In this document: positions 30,890-41,300 of the stretch, piece after piece
How the letters are laid out: each line of letters starts with the position of its first letter
How positions within the stretch are numbered: position 1 is the first letter of the stretch
Assembly: GCA_000004985.1 (NCBI GenBank)
Contig: GG738846.1
Source of the DNA: Naegleria gruberi
Lineage: Eukaryota
DNA: 64,000 nucleotides
Reading direction: 5' to 3' (one strand)
Notes under the pieces: generated by a model
Database searches by the model: none
What the model was told of the DNA's origin: nothing
Seen by the model: the letters and a program-made list of their open reading frames with translations, nothing else
Made by a program: the position numbers and the translations under genes

Positions 30890-33042
30890 TTGACATCTCC
30901 ATGGTAAATGACATTCAAGCATACAGAAATAGAGCCACTCGGGTCTGTAGCAAAACCAAACTTGTTAAGAAAGTGCTGTTCAAACCCATTAGGAATTGCA
31001 GTATATGATAAATCTCTCAACTCTGTTGAACCTCCAACAAATGAGCTTCTGAGATTATTTCGAATTGAACCGGTTGGTTTCCACGTATTTACAGTATAAT
31101 TGTGATAGCCAGGAGTTGATGGAAGAGCAATGAAGCCATATCCCTCAACTCGATATCTATCCCAAAAGTCTTTTGAGGTGACCTGGAAGAATAATTTAGG
31201 CATTGGTGTTATATTACTACATAGGCAATTAAAATTGAAAGGGAAGGAAAAGTTGGCTTCATAATAACTCTCGTATTCTTTGGTGATTTCTACAGCAGTT
31301 CCCATCTGTGTGGAGGTAATTAGTTTCTGTGACATTGGATCTTCAAAAACAAAATTAGAAGGCATATCAAGATAGTATCGAATATAGTACTTTTCAGAGT
31401 CGAAATCTCGCCCTGAAAGAATATTTCCTGAAATTGAAACACGTATTCTCTTATCTTTAGGTGGGTGATTAAATTCCATACCTACTAAATTTCTTTTCAT
31501 GAGAAGTGATCTTTCTTGAAGCTGTTTAAGAATTTTCTTTCTCATCTCATCTACCTTTGTATCCTTTTTGTAATCATTGTAGAGTGAAATGGTATATTCA
31601 TATACAGCTCCATCGTCAGTTCTGAAAATGTATCTATTTTCCTTTGGTTTTAACAAGAGATCAATATCACCAATTTCATTTTGATATCGTTTCAAAAAAT
31701 CGCTGGTTGGTTCCTCTTTTTGATTCTCTAATGGTTTCACAGAAAATCCTGGTTTCATTAAGAAACTCCCATCTGGTAATGATTGAATTATACATATTGG
31801 ATATTCCTTTCCTTTCCATGCACCATTCTGCATATCTCCCACACTTGTCATTATGTACATTGTTTGGGATTTTGAGCTTAGTGGTTTTTTTGCATTTTTA
31901 AATATTGGGTATGGAGTTTCAGAAGAGCAAGCTATTGACTGATGGACATTATCAGTTTCAAAGTCATCAATTTCTACATAAGTGAATAGTTTGTGTTGAA
32001 GAAGGTCAGAAAATCCCTCAGATCCAAACTTCTTCCGTGGTTTTCTTTGTTTTTTCGGTTTTTCTTGACCTTCTTCCTCTTCTATTTGTTCCGCTTCTTT
32101 TACTTCATTCTCAGGTTGTTTCTTTGAATTACCAAACATTTCCTCAACGACACAATTTTCCATATCATCCTGAATGTAGGGAAATAACTCAATTGGAGGT
32201 CGCTCAGTATTCAGTGATTCCACTAAATGTGATACTTCCTCCTTATAGAATCCTTCCAATGTTGTTGTTGGAGTTTGAGTCTTATTGTAGAGAACTATTT
32301 CTCTTGGACCAAACACTTTTTGTTGCCATTGCAGAACTGTCACAAAGGTCTTATATTCCGTCTCCTCTTCATCATCATCGTAGGGTTCTGCAGCACTATC
32401 TCTTTGTTCCTTTCGTTCCTTGAAGCTTTTCTTTCCAATAACCATGTTGGTTCTCTTGATTGTGACTTTGATTTTCAAATTTTCAAAAGAATCTCTAGAA
32501 TAGTACTGCACAGTTGATGTGTTACTCTTCAGTATCAGAAGGTCATTGTATTTTTCAAAAGGATTGGTTGCATCAGAGCTATAACTTGGAGATAACAGAT
32601 TGAGCAATCTGAATTGAATCATAGAGAAGTTTGGAAGATAGGACGAAATTCCTGATGTAATATTTGAAAAGTTTCCAAATACTGAACCTGCAATTCCATT
32701 AAAACATCCTCCCACCGAAGTACACATTCCACATAATCCACTTCCGAATTGGTTTAAAACTCCTCCCATACCAGGTTGCTGATATCTTGTAGCATTAGGA
32801 TTGTTAATTACATTTTGTATGTGACTTCCGACTTGAACTTGGGCCATTGGTCCACTAGATTGTGATGATTGGGTTTGTCTCTGCACAACTACACTAGCTG
32901 TTCTAGGTCGTTCATAGCTGGTAGTAGGCCTTAGTGATCCACTAGCTAATGAACCACTTGCTATTGGCCCCGAAGTCATTGGACGTTGCCTCACCATTGT
33001 TTGACCAATTGTTGGAGGTCTCTCATTCAATGGTACATCCAT
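30886..33042 (-). CDS. MKS1: MKS1 (Meckel syndrome type 1) orthologue, a ciliary transition-zone protein with a C-terminal B9 domain
   Basis: [52 protein letters not shown] aligns to human MKS1 [52 protein letters not shown]. Upstream blocks also match (QWQQKVFG vs [20 protein letters not shown] vs [23 protein letters not shown] vs NGVITVKPDF). Confidence 0.8.
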   Translation of the reverse strand: [718 protein letters not shown]

Positions 33043-33264
33043 CCTTGTATTTTTCTAATGATTTGTTTAATGATCGTGCGATGATGATTCCAAACAATAA
33101 ATCCTCCTGCTTTGGGTATTTTTTTTGAACTTGTAGACAAAAATGGCGCCAAATGTTGTTGCAGCTCTCATGTGCAAATAAATACAACACAAGGTTTATT
33201 ATTATTCATGTTCGAACTCGTATGGTAATTGTTTCCATTACTCTGTAGGAATCTATCACATTAT

Positions 33265-34853
33265 TTACTTGTTTTCATTATATTCAAAACTTAAACCCTT
33301 ATTTTGTCTAATTTTTTCCAAAGCATATTTCAAATTATCAATATTGGATTGAATTGTTCCTGTTAGTGTGAGTAGCTTATCTTCACTATCTAAAACGTCT
33401 ACTGAAAGTGTAAAAGGATTATATCGTAAAGCGAATGGTCGATTCAGTTTTGTGGAAGCAAATTTTCTCATTTGGTCTTTCATGGCATCAAAACTGTTGG
33501 CAACATAATAGACAGGTTGATAGGTTGTAATTGGATAGACATGATTACAGGCAACTTCTGGATCAAATGGTCTATATTCTGGTTTGTTTCCAGTTTTTAC
33601 ATCAATTCCATCAATACTATATTTCAATTCTCCAAAAGAGCTTAACAATCCAGCTCCATAAGCCTTATTTCTAGGAATACCATCTTTATCGTTTTGCACA
33701 CAAACTCCAAATTCAACTGTATACCAATAGAGTCTGACAAGTTTTTCAATATCTTCATCACTAGCTCCCAGAGATGCCAAACCAATTTGTTGACTGAAAT
33801 CAGCAAAATCAGAATCAGCAAATAATGGGGCGTGACCTAATAATTCATGTACAAGATCAGGTTCTATAGTATTTCATAAAATCATTGGTTAAGGTATTAA
33901 TCATTTGTGATAGATTAATGAAAGTACAATAGAATATTAATCCAAATTGAAAATGAAAAATCTAACCTACCTGGAGTATAGAAGGGAACAGAGTGATGAC
34001 GAATATATTGAGTACTGTGAAAAACTCTAAAAGCAAGTCCATTCAAGAAATCTCTTGCACTTTACAATCATGGAATGAGTAAAAAAATAGATACGAAACC
34101 TCTTACCTTAACAAACCACTCACTGGTCTCAAACGGAAACCAGTAACACCCTGTAAAAATTGGGAAACATCTTCCAATTGGGGAATGTTATTTTCAGAGT
34201 AGCCACAATTTTGCATAAGGAGTGGGAAAATGTAATTATATTGTTCACAAGCATAGGTTGGATAAAGTGCTGTTAATTCATTATAAATAATACGCCAGGT
34301 ATCAATTTCTGATTTTGCGTAGGCAACTTTTGGGATTGGTTCATTGATTTTATAAGTCTTGGCAATTTCTGCAATGTGTTTTCTTCTGTTACGATATTCG
34401 GAATCGGTAAATCCAGGCTGAAATAGAAACCTTTCGAAACAATGAAAATATTAACAAAACTTACATGATCAGATTCCAACTCTGCACCAGCTTCCAAAGT
34501 CTCAGATGAAAAGTAGTCAATATCCGATAATTTTCTTGGAAACCAAGGAATTGATTTTCCTCCCAACAATTTAACTTCATTGCAATATTTAGATTGTTTT
34601 AATTCAGTGATGGCCTTGTCGAGTTGTTCATTGGAAACGTCTTCATCAACATCAACAACAAAGTTAAACACTTCTTTAGAGTGACGTACAGGTCTGATTT
34701 GCAGATAAATTAAATTTACAGTTGATTCTTTAAAACCTACTTGGATTCAATTTTTGTTAAATTGACTTTGTTTCGGGAGAGAACATCAAGTGATGATTTT
34801 AATGTTCCAACACTGTGGGAGAGAGTTAAAAAGAGAGAACGATGATTTACCAT
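33265..34853 (-). CDS. biopterin-dependent aromatic amino acid hydroxylase (phenylalanine-4-hydroxylase type); 5 exons
   Basis: Exons are complement(34741..34853), (34465..34693), (34107..34417), (33971..34059) and (33265..33863). Introns are 47, 47, 47 and 107 nt, with GTAGGT/GTAAGT/GTAAGA donors. The spliced translation matches human PAH block by block: ACT domain LTKIESKP; [29 protein letters not shown]|[13 protein letters not shown]; [45 protein letters not shown]|[22 protein letters not shown]; [15 protein letters not shown]; [21 protein letters not shown]; [13 protein letters not shown]. Confidence 0.85.
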
Positions 34854-35037
34854 GATGTGATTATAAAAGGAGTGGTAAAAGATGAGATTTTTTTTGTTGT
34901 TTTGTTTTTTACCAGACACAAAAGGATCTTGCGGAGAAGAGTTGTGCTTCTTTGTAAACTTTGGTTCAGTTTATTAAAGCCCTAAGGACAATGTTTTGGC
35001 GGCCATATTAGAGTAGTTATTAATTGAGGACGCATAT

Positions 35038-37161
35038 TTACATTTCTTCAAATTCCTCATTTCTTAGTGGTGTCTTTTTACTTCTTGGTGAAGTTGTAAT
35101 GAAATTGTTATTCGATGAGGAGAGGTAAGGTCTGATTAGTTCCTCAATTTTTTCATCATCTTCATCTTCATCGTAGTTTTCCTCCTCCACTTGGTGATAT
35201 CTTTGATAATGGTGGTTCATATTTGAAATATTTACATGGTGAGAATCTTGGTCATCACTGTCAAGCTCAACATCACTTCCAAGATCTTCAGGTTCTGCTT
35301 GCTTTTCCTCAAATAAAAGACTGTCTTGAAGTTGCGAATTCTCGACACCTTCTTGATAGTATTGCAGGGATTCCTCCATTTCATGGTCTCTTCTTGAGCT
35401 TGACATTTGTTTTTGTCTGTAAAAATCCACAGTATCTTTCAGATTTTGATTGTCAATCTTCAAAGAGTTCAAACATTCCAATAAGATTTCATTTTCTTTG
35501 GCAATGCTATTGTTCACTTCTTCTACATTAGTTAATTGTTTGATTTTCTCCTTTAGTAAATCATTCTCTCCTTCAACAAAACTAAGCTTGCCTTGAATTT
35601 CTGCAACCTTCTTGAAAATCACTTCCTCACGTTCTTCACTCTCTGATTCTTTTGATTTCTTGTTTGCAATCTCATTCTTAATGGTAAATCCAAGCTGCTC
35701 ACATTCTGCTTCCTTCTTTCTAAGAGCTTCAGAGAATCGGTCAATAACTGATTGTTTTTCTGCTAGATCCCTGCCAAGTCTTTCTATTTGGTATTGTTTT
35801 TCACGATCTTGTTTCTCTGCTTCCCTTCTGGAGAGATTGATTTCCTCTTGTTTTTTGAAAATTTCCTTTTCCACTTCAGTTTCGAGTATCGCCTTTTCAT
35901 TTTCGAGTTGAGTAATCTTCTTTTCCATGCCAAGAATTTGTTGAGAGGATGCCTGAGCTTTTTGAGTTTCTTTTTGTACTGTTTTTTCTGCCTTTTGTAA
36001 ATCCTTTGTAAGTTTTTCAATCCTAGATTCCATCTTTTGTTGGCTTTGTAGTAATTCAACCTTTAATCTCTGCTCAACTATTAAAAGGTCCTCCTTTTCC
36101 TTACTGAGATGATTGACACTTTGTTGAATCAAGACATTTTGAGTTTTTTGTTCAGATAGGGTTTCTTGGAGAGAGTCAATTTTTGATTTGTAGAATTTTT
36201 CTCTTTGAGTTGAATTTTGTAATTGAGTTTGAATAGCAAGGTTCTTTTGTTGCAAATCATCAAATTGAGCGATGGTTTCCTCAAGAGCTGCAATTTGTTT
36301 TTTAAAATGGGTAAGTATTTGATCGTGTCTATTCTTTTCTTTTTCAATATGTCGTGCAAGCTTTCCTACCTTTTCGTCGTGTCTCTCTTGCATTTCACGA
36401 AGTACATCTTGGTGTTGTTCAATAATTCTTTGGGTATTTTTCTTTTCATCCTGTAATTGATCTTGAATATTAGCCATAGCCATTTTTACTTCATGAATCT
36501 CATTGAGATATTCCTCACATTGATTCTTCTTTTGGCCCAACTCTTTGTTGATATCTATGATTGATTGTGTCTTTTCCTTGTTAGATTTTTCCAAATCCTT
36601 ATTCATTGATTCCAATACTCCTTTACTTTCAATAAGATTCTTCTCTCTATGTTCACTCAAATCTAGTTGGGATTGAACTTCCTCTAGTTGATGCTGAAGA
36701 TTTCTAATTTCCTCAAGAAGTTCTCTTTCTTTCACTCTCCTTCTTTCGCATTCTTGATCCAATTCATTTCTACTCACTCTTAACTTGTGCTCCAAATCTC
36801 TCACTTGGTCATTAGAATACTGAAGCTTGACAGCATAATTTCCAACATTATCTTGGAGTTGGGATATCTTTACAGACATTCTTTGATTACTTTCTCTTAT
36901 TAACTTGGCTTCATCTTCCTCATAAGTATTTGAATACCAATTGTTTTTGTCCATCACACCAGATTTTTGATTCACATCGGAATATCCAAAGTGTGGAGAT
37001 CTTCCTTTCATTGGTGGAGAAAGATTGGAGAGTGAAGAATTCATGGTGAAACTAGCTGATGAAGGAGAGGCCTGAATATTATTAACCATGGATTTCAAGT
37101 TGTTAATCCTCTCATTAAGCTCCCTCGCTGTATTTGCCGTTGAATGGTTGCTTGTGTTCAT
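35038..37161 (-). CDS. long coiled-coil protein (about 700 aa)
   Basis: Uninterrupted ORF dominated by heptad-like E/K/Q/L repeats with an acidic C-terminus. No specific family recognised. Confidence 0.5.
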   Translation of the reverse strand: MNTSNHSTANTARELNERINNLKSMVNNIQASPSSASFTMNSSLSNLSPPMKGRSPHFGYSDVNQKSGVMDKNNWYSNTYEEDEAKLIRESNQRMSVKISQLQDNVGNYAVKLQYSNDQVRDLEHKLRVSRNELDQECERRRVKERELLEEIRNLQHQLEEVQSQLDLSEHREKNLIESKGVLESMNKDLEKSNKEKTQSIIDINKELGQKKNQCEEYLNEIHEVKMAMANIQDQLQDEKKNTQRIIEQHQDVLREMQERHDEKVGKLARHIEKEKNRHDQILTHFKKQIAALEETIAQFDDLQQKNLAIQTQLQNSTQREKFYKSKIDSLQETLSEQKTQNVLIQQSVNHLSKEKEDLLIVEQRLKVELLQSQQKMESRIEKLTKDLQKAEKTVQKETQKAQASSQQILGMEKKITQLENEKAILETEVEKEIFKKQEEINLSRREAEKQDREKQYQIERLGRDLAEKQSVIDRFSEALRKKEAECEQLGFTIKNEIANKKSKESESEEREEVIFKKVAEIQGKLSFVEGENDLLKEKIKQLTNVEEVNNSIAKENEILLECLNSLKIDNQNLKDTVDFYRQKQMSSSRRDHEMEESLQYYQEGVENSQLQDSLLFEEKQAEPEDLGSDVELDSDDQDSHHVNISNMNHHYQRYHQVEEENYDEDEDDEKIEELIRPYLSSSNNNFITTSPRSKKTPLRNEEFEEM

Positions 37162-37269
37162 TTTTTTGAATTTAAAATTAAGGCGCCATTTTTTTAACAG
37201 CCTTTTAACGAGTCGTATTTAAGCAATAAATCAAACTCTTGCAAGTATTTTATTCATAAAGATTAAAAA

Positions 37270-38292
37270 TTATATGATTTGTTTAGTATTATAGCTGGCA
37301 CAGTTTGAACATTTCATTCCAAAGACATGGAAATCAGCTTCACCCTTATTCAAGCATTCATTACAAAGTATATTAACCTTCTTTCTAAATTCTTGTGGCA
37401 TGGGAGAGTTTTGAATTTCTCTATCCATTAATTCAGTATCAATATCAACCATGTATTTTTGGCATAGTGGACAATTGTAAACTCGGTTTTTAAGCATGGA
37501 TTTGAAGCAACTAGAGTGCATTGGATGACCACACTTTAATAAGTGAACACTACTCGTTGAAGAAAAGAGATTTTCCAAACAAACAGGACAATTCGAATGC
37601 ATTGAATTTGGAATACATTTGTGACTTGGAGCCATACAAGCTCCACAAGTGTAACAATGAATAAATTGCTCTCTCTTTCCAATTCTACAAATTTTGCAAC
37701 CCTAATAATAATAATAATTCACACAGAGTCATTAAATTGATAAAATAAATTATTGACATACCTCACAATGATAAATTGAACGATTTTTATCGTTACTATA
37801 AATGTGACAAATTGTGCAAGAATAAAATTCTCCAAATTGGGTATTACAATTTGGATTTTCACAAATTACATTATCACTTGACTGTTCCAACTGACATCTC
37901 ATACATTTAATTCTTTCCACAGAATATCTATCCATTTGTTCAACTTTACATTTACATTTCTGGAATGCCTCTGCATCATGGCACAATCTACACCAATAAA
38001 ACTCCTTACAGCATGGTGATTGAATCATACAATTATGAGGATAGTGTGAACAACCCAAATCAGTTGAATAAGTTTTAGTATCTAACCCTTCCGAAGAATT
38101 TTCCTCTTGTTTTTCCTCCTCAGTTTCATCCTCCTCTATTGATACATCGTCATCATAATGATCGGAACCATCAATACTTTCCCAATCCTCTTCATTGTCC
38201 TCCTCCGCATTTTCGCCTTGTTGTTGTTGTTGTGGGGTGGTATCTTCTTCGTTGTGTTCTGCCATGTTGTTGTGTTGTTCTTCTTCACTCAT
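37270..38292 (-). CDS. CHY zinc-finger / RING-H2 E3 ubiquitin ligase (Pirh2/RCHY1-like); 2 exons
   Basis: Exons are complement(37762..38292) and complement(37270..37701), joined by a 60-nt GTATGT..TTATTAG intron (phase 0). The spliced sequence YHCEGCKICRIGKREQFIHCYTCGACM..NCPVCLENLFSS..LKCGHPMHSSCF..YNCPLCQK..LCNECLNKGEADFHVFGMKCSNCASYNT is colinear with human RCHY1: CHY finger, CTCHY, RING-H2 and zinc ribbon. Confidence 0.8.
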
Positions 38293-38391
38293 TTTTTTCA
38301 AACTTAATTTTCATTGTTTATTCGATTTAATTTTATTAGATTTTTAAATAACGATGCAAATTAGATTTATTTGAATATGAAGATCTCATGA

Positions 38392-41300
38392 TTGATTTAT
38401 TCTTCAGATCAAACTGAACCATTGAGACAGACGAGCGAGAGAAACCAACAAAATTTAGAATTTTTAGAAAAATTAGAAAAAAATCCTCCCTTTCTCTTCT
38501 TCAACATCGCAACACTTGTCGTACTACTCACTCGTCGACACAACATCAGAAAACGATCGGATTGTGCAATAATTGGACGAGTCATGAGAGAGACACAACA
38601 TTTAATTGTAGAGACAGATAATGGTGGATTTCATATTATTAGCTCTCTTTCAAGAAGAAGAGACACACAAATAATAACTATCGAAAAGTATACTGGACAA
38701 TTGTTGTATACAGGTCATCCGGGTGTAGATCTTTTCTATTCTCCTCAAGATGCTCTCAAATTTCTGTCCAAAGATAAGAAGAATATAAAGAATGTAACGT
38801 AGGTAGTTTAAATAGAATGCAAGCATCATCATTACATTGACTATATAGAAAATGTCACTCAATCATTGGTTATACAGTAATTGGATCTTGTGGCTATTTA
38901 TTTATTTGTACAAAAGTTAGTTTGGATTTGGTACTTCCACCTAATCATCATGTTTATACAATAAGAGAAACTGAGACAATAACAATTCCACTCACCTATC
39001 CTCATCGTATCACTAAAGCAGAGGTTAAAAATTGTGAATTAATGACAGAGTTCCAATTGAAAGGCCTACATTTCTATTGTGAAACATATGACCTGACAAG
39101 ACCATTCCCATCAACCCATTCTCCCCAAGATTATACGGAAGAATTTTGTTGGAATATTCACTTGACGGAGAGTTTTAGAAAAATTAGAATGAGAAGTTGG
39201 TGTTGTGTTTTACTCCAAGGTGTTGCTAGATCATCAGGACCTGTCAAATGTAAAGAGAAGGATGAATATATTTTAAAAAGAGGAAGAGAAGCCCTTCTCA
39301 ATTTTAATGAACTATTAGATTCTGCCGAGGAGGTCAATTCTACTGAATCTATCGGTAATGTGAATTTGGCAATTATTTGTAGAAAGAGTTGCCTCAATCC
39401 AGGAACAAGATACAATGCAAGAGGATTGAATGACAAGTCAAGTCCTGGTAATGAATATGAATCAGAACAAATTTTATGGAGATCATATAATGGAAACATA
39501 ATGTTTAGTACTTTTGTTTGGAGAAGAGGCACTGTTCCTATCCACTGGAGAAGTGAACTCAATAATGCAGTACAAGATGCAAGTATTATCATTTCTGACA
39601 AACCCTATGAAAACATTGATGTATACTATAAGAGAATTGTTGATAGGTACAATAATCAACCTATCACTATTATTAATTTACTTCGTTCAAAAGAAATTCA
39701 CCCAGAAGAAGGAAATTTGACTCATCATTTTAGAGAATCCTTAAAGGTTGTTAAAAAGTTGATGGCCATAGATCAATTGGAAATGTTAGAATTTGATTGG
39801 CACACTCTTCATAAAACCGATGGTACTGAGAAAGCTGTAAAAAAGTTGTGGACCCTCGTTTCTCCAAAGTTAAGAGGTGCTGGTGTAACAACTGGTATAA
39901 TGAGAGTTTCATCTCATGGAACTGTTGTAGATATGAAGCTGTGGAAAAAACAAAGTGGTATTGTAAGAGTGAATTGTGCAGACTCTCTCGATAGAACCAA
40001 TCTCATTTGTTTTTTCAATTCCATTCAAGTTTTGGCAGAACAGTGTCGTCAACTTGGTGTTTCGCTTTGTGATCCATCAGGTGACTTTTCTGAGAGTTGG
40101 AAGAGTTTGGACTATACTCTTCAACAGGTAAAGGATGAGTTTGACTCTACTCTCCTTCTCAAATTGGCAGAAATTTATGTAAATGTTGGAGATGTATGTG
40201 CCACTCTTTATACTAATACGGTTGCAATGCATACTTCACCAATGCGTGAGTTTGCTCAACACTTAGGAGCTGCTCCTAACAATACCAAGCTCATTGTGGA
40301 GAGAAGAATTCAAAATGTTCTCAAGGACAAAATTCGTCAACAACAATACGAAATGTTTTTGGGTTTGAACTTGTCCAGATACTTTCCATCACATATTGTC
40401 AATACCAAGTATGGAGAATTGAGATATGTGAGTCACTATCCAACATTTATCTTTAAATCAGTTCCAAAAGAAATTCCATACAAGACAACAGAAGAGAGAG
40501 CTTTGATAAGAAGTGGATTTTCTCATCATTGGATTTGTCCAAGAGATTTTGATTTTATTGAAGTTCAAATTTACTTGCCATTCTATTGTAGAGTGACAGA
40601 GCTTGCTCTCACTATTAGACACGGTCTCAATGATTCAACTTCTCCTTCCAAGATGGATGTATTTGTTGGTACTCACCTTGATGATTGCCTTGTTGGTTTC
40701 CAAGAGCTTAACATTCCACGTTGTGAAGATGGAACTAAACTGATTTATACTTTACCTCCTCAAATTTCAGGAATTCCTGAAAACTCATCACTCTACGATT
40801 TTGAGGGAAGTGATGCAAGTTCAAAGATGAGAGTTGTAAGAATAATATTCTATGGCATCCCTCCTTGTAGTTGCATGACCATGGGTCAGATTCAAGTATT
40901 TGGTTCAGTTGACACACTTCTCAATCCATCTCAATCACCTAAGGAGTTTTATTTGGAACTTTTAAAGGCATCCTCTCAAAACGAAGTAGAACAAGTTCTG
41001 GATAATCTTGAAAAACAACAAGTTGAAGTTTCTAGAAGAAAAGCTGAGGAAATCAAGGTATTGGAAAAACAAGTTGAGAGGGAAGAAGAGGTCGAACGTA
41101 ATGAATCCTCCTTCAGTGACATTATTAAGGATGGTACAGCAGTTGAATTCACACAGGACCAAGAAGAAGAAGGAAGCAATACCGCTATTAGCTCCACAAG
41201 TAGTAGTAGTGTACCTACTAGCATTGTTGCCACTGACAATCCACAAAATGCCATTCTCATCGAAGATGTAACAAGCCAAGCCAAGATTAATGCCAATGCT

